Shown here: positions 7,919 through 16,926 of the stretch, one piece after another | Layout of the letters: every line of letters begins with the position of its first letter | How positions within the stretch are numbered: position 1 is the first letter of the stretch | Origin: Nitrosopumilus sp. | Lineage (GTDB): Archaea > Thermoproteota > Nitrososphaeria > Nitrososphaerales > Nitrosopumilaceae | Direction of reading: 5' to 3' | Length of the DNA: 64,000 nt | Assembly (NCBI GenBank): GCA_965206745.1 | Contig: OZ242220.1 | Span: 384,001-448,000 of the forward strand | Notes under the pieces: model-generated | The model's input: the letters and a program-made list of their open reading frames with translations, nothing else | The model's database searches: none | What the model was told of the DNA's origin: nothing | Translations under genes and position numbers: made by a program

Positions 7919-9331
7919 ATGACATATGACACTATAATTACAGACTCGCACGTAATGCTCCCCCGGGGACTAGTTGAGAGAAACATCCTAATTGATGAGG
8001 GAAGAATAGTAGGACTCACCACTGATACGCCTGCATGTGATAACAGGATTGACGGTGCAGGCCTAGTCTCAGTTCCGGGGCCAATTGACACGCATGTCCA
8101 TTACGGCGTATACTCTCCAATCAACAAGGCTGCACAGACCGAGTCCCATGCAGCGGCAATAGGCGGAATCACAACAATGATGCGAATGCTCCGGCTAGGC
8201 GATCCGTTCTCAGACTCCCTGCAGTCCCAGCTTGACTCCTCTGCCAAAAACCACTATGTCGACTATGCAGTACATGCATCCATCTTTACACCGCAGCAGA
8301 TAGACGAGATGGACCACTGCGTTGAGAGGGGGGTCACCTCTTTTAAGATCTACATGAACCTCGGTGGTGATGTTGGACACGTCTACATGGACATGCCGCC
8401 TGACTCTACAAATTTGGTCGAGGCACAGGTCAACGTCACTGATGAGCTAGTTGAGCAGACAGTAAGGGCTGCAGCCAAGCTTGGCTGTCCAGTACTGGTC
8501 CATGCAGAAGACTATGAGTCGTGCGGCTGCGGAATAAAGACTGCAAAGGAGAAGAACCAGGACGGGCTGGCTGCATGGTCCTCTAGCCGCTCCCCCGAGT
8601 CTGAGGCCAAGTCCATCAGGACGATCTCACGGTTTGGCAGGGACCATGACTGTGTCATTTATTTTGTTCATATTGGTTCAAAGCGCGCACTGGAACAGAT
8701 TCAAGAGGAGAAGAGACTCGGAACCAAGATCTTTGTGGAGACCTGCCCCCACTATCTCACACTATCCCATGAGAGCCAGTCAGGCTACCTTGCCAAGGTC
8801 ATGCCTCCAATCAGGACTGAAGATGACAGAAGGGCAGTGTGGAGTGCCCTCTCAAACAACCAGATTGATACCATCGGCACTGATCACGTTGCAAACCGGC
8901 TGAAGCTCAAGCTGGACGGCCTCAACGTGTGGAGTGCGCTTGCGGGATTTCCTGGAATAGGTACTGCGATCCCAATCCTGCTCAATGACGGGGTCAACCA
9001 AAAGAGGATCTCACTTGAGCAGTTTGTCCAGTTTACCAGTACTAATGCGGCCCGAATATTTGGAATGCATCCTCAAAAAGGCACACTTGAGAAGGGCTCT
9101 GATGCAGACATTGTAATGCTGGATCTCAAAAAGGAAAAGACTGTAACCTCTGATCTGTTTGGAGGGTTCTCAGACTATGTCGTGTACGAGGGAAGAGAAC
9201 TGAAGGGATGGCCTGTAAAGACTATGGTCAGGGGGGAGCTTGTTGCCGAGGACTTTGAAGTCATTGGACGACTGGGCCATGGCAGGCTAGTCAAGAGGGA
9301 GCAGCCCGCTCAGAACCTGAATTTCAAATGA
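7919..9331 (+). CDS. Dihydroorotase/hydantoinase-family cyclic amidohydrolase
   Basis: DTHVH metal motif, SFKIYM carbamylated Lys, HAED, ETCPHYL, GTDH. Confidence 0.9.
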   Translation: MTYDTIITDSHVMLPRGLVERNILIDEGRIVGLTTDTPACDNRIDGAGLVSVPGPIDTHVHYGVYSPINKAAQTESHAAAIGGITTMMRMLRLGDPFSDSLQSQLDSSAKNHYVDYAVHASIFTPQQIDEMDHCVERGVTSFKIYMNLGGDVGHVYMDMPPDSTNLVEAQVNVTDELVEQTVRAAAKLGCPVLVHAEDYESCGCGIKTAKEKNQDGLAAWSSSRSPESEAKSIRTISRFGRDHDCVIYFVHIGSKRALEQIQEEKRLGTKIFVETCPHYLTLSHESQSGYLAKVMPPIRTEDDRRAVWSALSNNQIDTIGTDHVANRLKLKLDGLNVWSALAGFPGIGTAIPILLNDGVNQKRISLEQFVQFTSTNAARIFGMHPQKGTLEKGSDADIVMLDLKKEKTVTSDLFGGFSDYVVYEGRELKGWPVKTMVRGELVAEDFEVIGRLGHGRLVKREQPAQNLNFK

Positions 9332-9998
9332 TGTCAAATTTGCCGTTCTCCCTGGCCCTGTATATGACGTCTGGCCTTTTTAGGAATATTCCCGACTCTA
9401 GGACCCCTGCTGTCTGCTTTATCTTGCCAGAGAGGATTCTGGGATTTTTTATCGTCCCAAAGTCACAGTCCAAAATTATGTTGCCGTTCTCTGTAAAGAA
9501 CGGATATCCCCTATCAAGTGAGCGGATTTTGGGGCTGCCTCCCATCTGTATAATTGACCTTGTGACTGTATTTCTGGCAAGGGGATGAACCTCCACTGGC
9601 ACTGCACATGTGAAATTCTTTACAAACTTTGTCCTGTCTGCCATTACTACTATCTTCTTTGCAAGTCCAAACAGGATGTTCTCGCGCAGCAGTGCGCCTC
9701 CCCCGCCCTTGATGACGTATCCCTGCGAGTCAATCTGGTCTGCACCGTCAAAGACCACATCTATGTATTCTACCTGGTCTGCCTCGACTAGTGGGATGCC
9801 CTCCTTCTCTGCAGTCAGTTTGATTTGCAGCGATGTTGGAACCCCCCTGATATTATATCCTTTTAGCTTGACTAGTTTTGAGAGTGACTTTACAAGTGCA
9901 GTAGCTGCCCGCCCGCTGCCCAGTCCTATCGTGTGACCATCCCTTACAAGCTTTAGCGCGTCACTTGATAATGCCTTTATGGCACCATCGTAGGACAA
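9324..9998 (-). CDS. rpiA: Ribose-5-phosphate isomerase A
   Basis: IGLGSG, DGADQ, IKGGGGALLRE motifs. Confidence 0.95.
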   Translation of the reverse strand: MSYDGAIKALSSDALKLVRDGHTIGLGSGRAATALVKSLSKLVKLKGYNIRGVPTSLQIKLTAEKEGIPLVEADQVEYIDVVFDGADQIDSQGYVIKGGGGALLRENILFGLAKKIVVMADRTKFVKNFTCAVPVEVHPLARNTVTRSIIQMGGSPKIRSLDRGYPFFTENGNIILDCDFGTIKNPRILSGKIKQTAGVLESGIFLKRPDVIYRARENGKFDII

Positions 9999-10904
9999 TC
10001 ATTCCACCTCTGCTTGATCCAGTTTCTTTAGCACCTTCATGATGTTGCTCTTGATCTTGTCGAGATCATCTGCATCATCATCAAAGTGGTCATCTGGCGC
10101 ATCTGGTCCCGCCTTGGGTGGTTCGGGAAGTGCCGCGTATCGTGTAATCTTTGCATTCTCTTCTTCCAAGTCCGGCTTGGCATCCAAGCTGGCTTTCTGT
10201 TTTGGCATGACTGATTGGACTATCTCCATTTTATCATCAATCTTTGGTTTTGGCTGTGCCATCTGCTCGATGATCTGATCATTTGGTTTTGGCATCTGTC
10301 CTGCCTTGTCCTCAAACCGTGTAAATCTTGGTTTCTCTCTTGAAATATTTGTCAGGGTTGTAATCTCAAAACTCTGCCTTGGTTTGGTTGCAGGAATCTC
10401 AATTGGCTCTGGCCTCTTCCCTTTGGGTTTCTCAAAGTTAAATGACTTTGATGGTCTGCTCCTTGTCTCTTGCTTTGCCTCTGCACCCTTTGGCGCATCG
10501 ACTCTGCTTGTCATCTTTGATGACAGCTGATACAACTTGTCATCGAGCTTTGAGAGCTTTTGGTCCATCAGCGTGATCAGGCCATCCCCTACAGGACCGA
10601 GGTCCGGATGACTGCTTGCCTGTTCAAGTTTTTCCATCTTGGCAAGCACTATTCCCAGCTGGTGCTGGTACTTTAGTAATAGCTTGTCCTTTTGAATCTT
10701 GGAGAATTCAGAGTCTGTCTGGTACAGTCTTGAGATGGTCTTGGTCAGAATCTCCTTCTCAATTTTAAGCGAGCTGATCTGGCTCTTGATGTGTGAGCTG
10801 GCACCGAGACTGAGTAATTGGTTCTTGTCTCTTGGCACCCTGCGTACAGCAGCGGCTGTAGCGACACCTGCTATCGAACTAAGAATTAAGACAATTTCCT
10901 GCAT
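9999..10904 (-). CDS. Conserved thaumarchaeal hypothetical coiled-coil protein
   Basis: N-terminal anchor, coiled coil, C-terminal LKKLDQAEVE; tightly packed in the Lsm-L37e operon. Confidence 0.75.
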   Translation of the reverse strand: MQEIVLILSSIAGVATAAAVRRVPRDKNQLLSLGASSHIKSQISSLKIEKEILTKTISRLYQTDSEFSKIQKDKLLLKYQHQLGIVLAKMEKLEQASSHPDLGPVGDGLITLMDQKLSKLDDKLYQLSSKMTSRVDAPKGAEAKQETRSRPSKSFNFEKPKGKRPEPIEIPATKPRQSFEITTLTNISREKPRFTRFEDKAGQMPKPNDQIIEQMAQPKPKIDDKMEIVQSVMPKQKASLDAKPDLEEENAKITRYAALPEPPKAGPDAPDDHFDDDADDLDKIKSNIMKVLKKLDQAEVE

Positions 10905-11072
10905 CTATGTATACCATTTGATCCAAGAATACTTTCTGCGCTTGGCCTCTGGGAATCCACAACTTGCACATTGGTGATGGCGCTTGTGAAGCGAGTTCTT
11001 GCCACATCTTCTGCATCTGATGTGAACTTTCTTCTTTGTAAAACCACCCATCGAAGTTGTGCCTTTAGTCAT
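10905..11072 (-). CDS. rpl37e: 50S ribosomal protein L37e (missing from ORF track)
   Basis: Read by hand: [40 protein letters not shown]; directly downstream of Lsm. Confidence 0.95.
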   Translation of the reverse strand: MTKGTTSMGGFTKKKVHIRCRRCGKNSLHKRHHQCASCGFPEAKRRKYSWIKWYT

Positions 11073-11082
11073 TGCAATTCAC

Positions 11083-11322
11083 CTAACTATGTGCCGGCGG
11101 AGGGGAAATCATTACCACGTTGTCTCCTCTAACCACAATGCTTCCGAGGCTTTTAGAATCGCCTTCAGCGGGAATCTCCTCTGAAGAATCGAGTAGCAGG
11201 TTCATGTGCTGGTCAAAACCTAAAAGAGTACCTCTGATGGTCTTGCTTCCTTTGAGCTTTATCAGTACAACTTGACTGATACTCTCATCCAATACTTTTA
11301 CTGCCATATCAACGGACATCAA
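11083..11322 (-). CDS. Sm-like archaeal protein (Lsm/SmAP1)
   Basis: GFDQHMNL (Sm1) and VVRGDNV (Sm2). Confidence 0.95.
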   Translation of the reverse strand: MMSVDMAVKVLDESISQVVLIKLKGSKTIRGTLLGFDQHMNLLLDSSEEIPAEGDSKSLGSIVVRGDNVVMISPPPAHS

Positions 11323-11377
11323 TAATCACTTATTGACATGGATATCAAGGCATTATATTAAATTTCCATTGGTGAAA

Positions 11378-12094
11378 CTATGATATGTGCCCAGTAAGGC
11401 AAGTTTGACACTTTTTTCCGAGATTTTCGATGATTTCGGCTAGAATCTTCTCCCCGTCCCCCCTTGTGGCCCCTCTTGGATCCCCCCAGATCCCGTTCTT
11501 GGTAGCTTTGGGAAATGACTTGCTTGCAAGTACTCCGATCCTGTCGATCTCCTCCTTTGTCATCCCGTCTGTATCCAGACCCTTCTCTGCCAGGTCCATC
11601 CTGACATTTTCTGATATTGCCAGCATCAGTGATGTCTCTACGAATCCTGCATGATCAAACTCCCTTTCCATAAAGTGCCAGTAGGAGAGCGGAAATACCT
11701 GCAGCTTGCCAAGTTTTACATCCAGGCCCTCCACTGCCTTTAGGTTTCCATGGTGGCCGTTAATTATGAATGCCGTCCTGATGCCGTTTGCTAACAGTGA
11801 TGAGCACAAATCAGCCAGAACCGTCTGCAGGGTTGACTCTCTGAGACTCAGATTAAAAAAAGGCGCATGCTCGTGGGAGACACCATAGTTTATTGTGGGA
11901 AGCAGCAGGTATCCGAACTTTTCTGAGATCCGTCTTGCAACCTCAGTTACTATATCAGAATCAGTCGATACCGGCAGGTGCGGTCCGTGCTGTTCCATTG
12001 AGCCTACCGGTATTACTGCAACCTGGTTCCTCTTTGAGATTGCCTTCCTCAAGATGGGATCAAACTGTGTCTTGATGTCTGTCATCTGTCTCAC
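11378..12094 (-). CDS. Creatininase-family amidohydrolase
   Basis: GSMEQHGPHLP, NGHHGN, HAGFVETS. Confidence 0.9.
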   Translation of the reverse strand: MRQMTDIKTQFDPILRKAISKRNQVAVIPVGSMEQHGPHLPVSTDSDIVTEVARRISEKFGYLLLPTINYGVSHEHAPFFNLSLRESTLQTVLADLCSSLLANGIRTAFIINGHHGNLKAVEGLDVKLGKLQVFPLSYWHFMEREFDHAGFVETSLMLAISENVRMDLAEKGLDTDGMTKEEIDRIGVLASKSFPKATKNGIWGDPRGATRGDGEKILAEIIENLGKKCQTCLTGHIS

Positions 12095-12933
12095 TTTGAT
12101 TTGATGTGAACCTTTCTCCAGCGGACATCAAGCTTGTTTTCCAGATGCATCCTCATTGCCTTTAGCAGCGTGTCTGCCTCTAGCTTTTGTCCCTTGGATC
12201 TTATCTGCTCTAGCGTGTCGTTTGGATCAACCTTGAAGGAGTCTTGCAGTATGATGGGCCCTTGGTCAAGGCTCTCAGTTACATAGTGTGACGTGACGCC
12301 GACGATCTTTGTGCCCCTCTCAAAGGCTTGTGCATATGCCGAAGCTCCCGGAAATGCCGGCAGCAGCGACGGATGAATGTTGATTATCCTGTTTGGGTAT
12401 CTCCAGACAAAGTTGGGACTGAGTATTCTCATGTACCTTGCAAGTGAGATCAGATCAATTTCGTACTTTTTGCATGTCTTGATGATCTTCTCCTCTGCCT
12501 TATCCTGCGTCTTTTCATCTACTGTGACAAATGGAATCTTTGCCTTTCTTGCCAGCGGTTCCAGTGATCTCTCCGTGCCGATGATTACCGAAATTTTCCC
12601 CCTCAGTGATTTATAATCTGCCAGAATTGTCTGCAGGCAGCGCGGTTCCCTGGTTACAAAGACTGCAATGTTCTTCTGCGAGTTTGTCTCGTGGTGAGTA
12701 CTTGCATCCATTCTCTCCTTTCTGGCCAAGCCCTGGATGTCTGAATCAAACTTTTTCACATCGACTGCCTTTGAAAAAGACACCTCCAGATACATTCCAA
12801 AGAGGCCCTTGATCACGTTCTGGTTTACCTTCTCGATGTTCCCTCCCTTGGAGAATGCAAAGTTCGTAAATGCGGCCACAATTCCCTCCCTGTCCTTGCC
12901 AACTACTGTAATTCCGACGACTGTCTTTTTCAT
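12091..12933 (-). CDS. purU: Formyltetrahydrofolate deformylase
   Basis: ACT domain plus LARYMRIL and INIHPSLLPAFPG; true start MKKTVVG at 12933. Confidence 0.9.
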   Translation of the reverse strand: MKKTVVGITVVGKDREGIVAAFTNFAFSKGGNIEKVNQNVIKGLFGMYLEVSFSKAVDVKKFDSDIQGLARKERMDASTHHETNSQKNIAVFVTREPRCLQTILADYKSLRGKISVIIGTERSLEPLARKAKIPFVTVDEKTQDKAEEKIIKTCKKYEIDLISLARYMRILSPNFVWRYPNRIINIHPSLLPAFPGASAYAQAFERGTKIVGVTSHYVTESLDQGPIILQDSFKVDPNDTLEQIRSKGQKLEADTLLKAMRMHLENKLDVRWRKVHIKSK

Positions 12934-12984
12934 GACTTGTTTGCTAAAGTTTTTCTCATTATTAATCATTGACGGAAACCAGAA

Positions 12985-13072
12985 TGGTGCGGGAGGTGGG
13001 ATTTGAACCCACGAAATCCTGAGATATAGGGTCCTAAGCCCTACGCCTTTGACCAGGCTGGGCGACTCCCGC
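12985..13072 (-). tRNA. tRNA-Leu(TAG), CCA encoded
   Basis: GCGGGAG acceptor, TAGGG-CT-TAG-GA-CCCTA anticodon arm, long variable arm, TTCAAAT T-loop. Confidence 0.95.
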
Positions 13073-13214
13073 AATGAGGATGCCATTGAACACAAAGTTA
13101 ACTGTTTTGAGGGATATGCTCAAACTCAGAGTTTGTGGGCTGGCTTGGAATGAAAATATGTCCAATGTCCCCTCCAAAGTAATTAAATACCAATTTCAGT
13201 ACAAGTGTAACATC

Positions 13215-13307
13215 ATGAACAAAGAGGAGAAAGAGACGCTCAGAAGATCAGTGGAGGCTAGTATAAAGCAGAACAAGCTGGTTTATCAGATGCTTCATGA
13301 CCTCTAA
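13215..13307 (+). CDS. Putative 30-aa antitoxin for the downstream Doc/Fic toxin
   Basis: MNKEEKETLRRSVEASIKQNKLVYQMLHDL; AATTAAATA box about 26 nt upstream; overlaps the toxin start. Confidence 0.55.
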   Translation: MNKEEKETLRRSVEASIKQNKLVYQMLHDL

Positions 13308-13881
13308 AAATCTAGCCTCTGAGGAGATCATCTTTATTCACGAGATAATCGAGGAGACATTCAATCTGCCTAGGGGACACATCAAAGTTGGAGACTTGGA
13401 GACACTAATTGTAAAAAGTCAGGGAATTCCATTCTCTGGGAAGAGTTTTGATTTGTTTAGACAAGCAGCAATTCTTTTTGAAGGAATTATCCGGTTGCAT
13501 CTTTTTACGGATGGTAACAAAAGAACGGCATTGGAAACTGCAAGACAGTTTTTGAACCGAAACGATCACGTTCTTGTTGTCCCGTTAAGCGGTACTACTT
13601 TCATATATGAAATTGCCAGAGACAAGACTCTGGACACAGACAAAGTGGTATCTGAAATTTCTGGCTGGATAGAAGCACATTCCCCAAAAGCAAATCAACG
13701 GTACAGGATTTTGGGTTTGCAGTTGTTGTACATGTGGTTACCTGTCAACCTGATAAATTTTTTCTCAAAAATCAAATTAAATGGACTGAGCCGAATGATC
13801 TTATACAGATATCTGAAGAACAGGGATCCAAAAGTGACAGAATTTATGTTCTCAATTTATGAAAAACAGCTTGGCCTCTGA
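13297..13881 (+). CDS. Doc/Fic-family toxin
   Basis: HLFTDGNKRTA is a Doc-type HxFxDGNKR motif. Confidence 0.85.
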   Translation: MTSKNLASEEIIFIHEIIEETFNLPRGHIKVGDLETLIVKSQGIPFSGKSFDLFRQAAILFEGIIRLHLFTDGNKRTALETARQFLNRNDHVLVVPLSGTTFIYEIARDKTLDTDKVVSEISGWIEAHSPKANQRYRILGLQLLYMWLPVNLINFFSKIKLNGLSRMILYRYLKNRDPKVTEFMFSIYEKQLGL

Positions 13882-14297
13882 ATTCTTCCGAAGAGAACAC
13901 GGTAAACACCAGTATCGCATATTTGATCCGTCCCATCCAATCAAAGTTTGCACCAACAATAAAACATCGATGAAGATTTGGAGAGCACCATTGGCAAAAG
14001 ATTTGACTCATTTTGTGACATGATTCTGTTTGTGATTGTTTTTTTCTATCTCTAATGTCGCTTGTATCATTTTGCCCGTTGTCTCTGCAGAATCTTCCCA
14101 ATCCCAAAGGATGGCTTGGCAGCATCATGATTTACTGGTACTGAAAAATTCTTCAACCCTGTCTCTCTGAGAGACTGTCAATGCCTGCACCTTTGGCCCT
14201 TTTGTGCGTATTTCTGAATACCACAGACAATCTTCCTAGAGAGAACCTGTATGACTATCATAGATACCCACAAATTTATCTGTCACTGCACGATAAT

Positions 14298-15647
14298 ATG
14301 GCAAAATATTTTGGAACAAATGGGATTCGCGGGGTCTTTTCTGAGGATTTCACCCTGGAGTTTGTTCATGATATGACACTTGCAATTGGGACATACTTTG
14401 GAGGAGGACCTGTACTGATAGGGTATGACGGACGGGAATCAAGTCCTGCCATATGCAAGATTGCAAGCTCCGCCCTCAACTCTATCGGGATTGACTGCAA
14501 TATTGCAGGAATCATCCCGACCCCCTGTCTGGAATTTGCAGTAAAGAGTCTGGGTTATTCCGGCGGATTGATGATTACTGCATCACACAATCCCCCGCAA
14601 TACAACGGGATCAAGCCTGCGGCCAAAGACGGGGTTGAGATTTCACGCGAGGATGAGCTGATCATTGAGGATATCTACATAAAAAAGACCTGGCTGCAAA
14701 AACCTGCAAGATGGGGAATCACGGGAACAGAAGATCGCGCGATTCCAACATACCTGAAAGGAATCATCTCACATGTTGATTCCAAGCTAATAGAATCAAG
14801 ACACTTCAAGGTTGTACTGGATCTGGGAAACGGGGCACAGGCAGTCTCTGCGCCAAACTTTTGCGCACTGCTTGGCTGCCAGACGTCCCTTCTCAATGAA
14901 ATAATTGACGGCACCTTTCCGGGACGCGGATCAGAGCCGACCCCGCAGAATCTCTCTGAACTATCAAGAATGGTGCGGGAGAATAATGCCGACATGGGAA
15001 TTGCATTTGATGGCGATGGTGATCGGAGCATCTTTTGTGACGACAAAGGAGACATCCTTACCGGGGACAAATCTGCCCTGGTACTTGCACGGCACATTCT
15101 CAAGAAAAACCCGAGCTCCCTGGTTGTAACCTGTCTGAATTCCGGTTCGAGCATCGAGGTTATTGCCAAGCAATACGACTCCCAGGTGGTTAGGACCAAG
15201 GTGGGAAGCGTTGAGGTCTCAAGGAAGATGGTTCCAACCGGCGCACTGATTGGATTCGAAGAGAATGGAGGTTTCATGTATGGACGGCACAACCAGGTCA
15301 GGGACGGATGCATGACCCTGGCACTGATGCTTGACTTGTTGGCAACATCTGCAAGGCCGTTATCTGAGGAGACTGCCAGTCTGCCGCCGTCATTTACTGC
15401 CAAAGACAAGGTGCCGTGTCCTGCAGATACAGTCCCGCATTTGATCTCCTCACTGAGGGATGAATTTCCCGATTCTGACACTTTTGATGGCATCAAGATT
15501 ACCATTGACTCTAAAAACTGGGTAATGATCAGGCCCAGTGGCACGGAACCGATAGTTAGGGTATATGCAGAAGCTGAGAGTCAGGAGAGATTGGATGCTT
15601 TAATGTCTGAATTTCTTGCAAAAGTCAACTCTGTGATTTCCAGATAA
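14298..15647 (+). CDS. glmM: Phosphoglucosamine mutase / PMM-PGM family phosphohexomutase
   Basis: FGTNGIRG, TASHNP, DGDGDR, IRPSGTEP; start MAKYF. Confidence 0.9.
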   Translation: MAKYFGTNGIRGVFSEDFTLEFVHDMTLAIGTYFGGGPVLIGYDGRESSPAICKIASSALNSIGIDCNIAGIIPTPCLEFAVKSLGYSGGLMITASHNPPQYNGIKPAAKDGVEISREDELIIEDIYIKKTWLQKPARWGITGTEDRAIPTYLKGIISHVDSKLIESRHFKVVLDLGNGAQAVSAPNFCALLGCQTSLLNEIIDGTFPGRGSEPTPQNLSELSRMVRENNADMGIAFDGDGDRSIFCDDKGDILTGDKSALVLARHILKKNPSSLVVTCLNSGSSIEVIAKQYDSQVVRTKVGSVEVSRKMVPTGALIGFEENGGFMYGRHNQVRDGCMTLALMLDLLATSARPLSEETASLPPSFTAKDKVPCPADTVPHLISSLRDEFPDSDTFDGIKITIDSKNWVMIRPSGTEPIVRVYAEAESQERLDALMSEFLAKVNSVISR

Positions 15648-15709
15648 CACTTTTAATACCAAACTCATCGATGGATAGAATGGAGAATGAACCCCTAGGG
15701 TGACGAAGT

Positions 15710-16096
15710 ATGGGAAAAGCATATTATGTTAAATTTGAGACGCCAGAAGATCTCGTTAATCCAATCTTAGAAGCTGTCAGGGTCGCATCCACAAGCGGCA
15801 AAGTCAAAAAGGGAACCAACGAGGCAACCAAGGCAATTGAACGCGGAACCAGCAAACTAATTGTAATCGCTGAGGATGTAGAGCCCCCAGAGGTGGTAGC
15901 ACATCTTCCAATCTTATGTGAGGAGCAAGGTGCAGCATACGCATTTATCCCAACCAAGGAGGAACTAGGCAAATCGTTGGGTATTGATATTACCTCTGCC
16001 GCTGCAGCAATTTTGGATGCAGGTGATGCACAACACATTGTAGACCAAGTTGTATCATCCATAGCTAAAATTAAAGGCGGTAAGACCGAAGAATGA
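15710..16096 (+). CDS. rpl7ae: 50S ribosomal protein L7Ae
   Basis: [25 protein letters not shown]. Confidence 0.97.
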   Translation: MGKAYYVKFETPEDLVNPILEAVRVASTSGKVKKGTNEATKAIERGTSKLIVIAEDVEPPEVVAHLPILCEEQGAAYAFIPTKEELGKSLGIDITSAAAAILDAGDAQHIVDQVVSSIAKIKGGKTEE

Positions 16097-16305
16097 GCCA
16101 AAACGCCGAAGAAGTAGTACAATCTGAAATTATACAAATCGTTGGCAGGACCGGCATTGCCGGCGAAGTCATCCAGGTCCGAGTCAAGGTTCTCACCGGC
16201 AAGGACAAGGGAAGGATCCTTACAAGAAACGTAAAGGGTTCCATCCGGGTTGGAGAGATACTGATGCTGCGAGAGACTGAGAGGGAAGCGAAGAAAATTC
16301 ACTAG
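16093..16305 (+). CDS. rps28e: 30S ribosomal protein S28e
   Basis: [20 protein letters not shown]. Confidence 0.97.
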   Translation: MSQNAEEVVQSEIIQIVGRTGIAGEVIQVRVKVLTGKDKGRILTRNVKGSIRVGEILMLRETEREAKKIH

Positions 16306-16315
16306 GTGTTAGGAT

Positions 16316-16516
16316 ATGAGTCTTTTAGTCAAACCATGTAATTTCTGCGACAGGCCAGTTGCAAAGGGATCCGGTACGATGCTTGCAAAAAACGACGGAA
16401 CCGTCCTGTGGTTCTGCTCCTCAAAATGCAAAAAGAACGCGCTAGTCCTAAAACGTGATCCAAGAAAGCTAAAGTGGACGAAAAAATACGTAAAGGGCGG
16501 AATCAGAAAGAAGTAG
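16316..16516 (+). CDS. rpl24e: 50S ribosomal protein L24e
   Basis: CNFC...FCSSKC...PRKLKWT. Confidence 0.97.
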   Translation: MSLLVKPCNFCDRPVAKGSGTMLAKNDGTVLWFCSSKCKKNALVLKRDPRKLKWTKKYVKGGIRKK

Positions 16517-16518
16517 AA

Positions 16519-16920
16519 TTGACTGAACAATCACTATTCATTGTAAAGCCTGATGCAGTAGCCAGGAGTCTGGTCGGTCAGGTCGTCTCAAGATTTGAAA
16601 GCAAGGGCTTTAAGATACTCAAACTAAAAATGTTCACCTTCTCCCAGCAGCAGGCCGAGAACTTTTACGGGGTCCACAAGGACAAGCCGTTCTTCGGCGA
16701 GCTGACATCGTTTATCACATCAGGGCCGGTGGTAGCTGCCATCATTGAGGGAAACAACGCAATTGCCACTACGCGAATAATGATTGGTGCAACAAAGTCA
16801 TTTGAGGCAGAGCCTGGCTCCATCAGAGGGGACTTTGGATTGGGATTTAGTGAAAACATCATTCACGCATCTGATTCACAGGAAAGTTTTGATCACGAAT
16901 CGAGGGTAGCATTTGAGTGA
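16519..16920 (+). CDS. ndk: Nucleoside diphosphate kinase
   Basis: KPDAV, HKDKPFF, GSIRGDF, NIIHASD; TTG start at 16519. Confidence 0.95.
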   Translation: MTEQSLFIVKPDAVARSLVGQVVSRFESKGFKILKLKMFTFSQQQAENFYGVHKDKPFFGELTSFITSGPVVAAIIEGNNAIATTRIMIGATKSFEAEPGSIRGDFGLGFSENIIHASDSQESFDHESRVAFE

Positions 16921-16926
16921 TCCGGT

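Noticed and set aside
12934-13095. N-terminal extension of the 334-aa purU ORF
   Set aside because: It runs through tRNA-Leu; the real protein starts at MKKTVVG (12933).
13882-14290. Possible decayed gene between the Doc toxin and glmM
   Set aside because: Only short fragments with no motif I can assign confidently.
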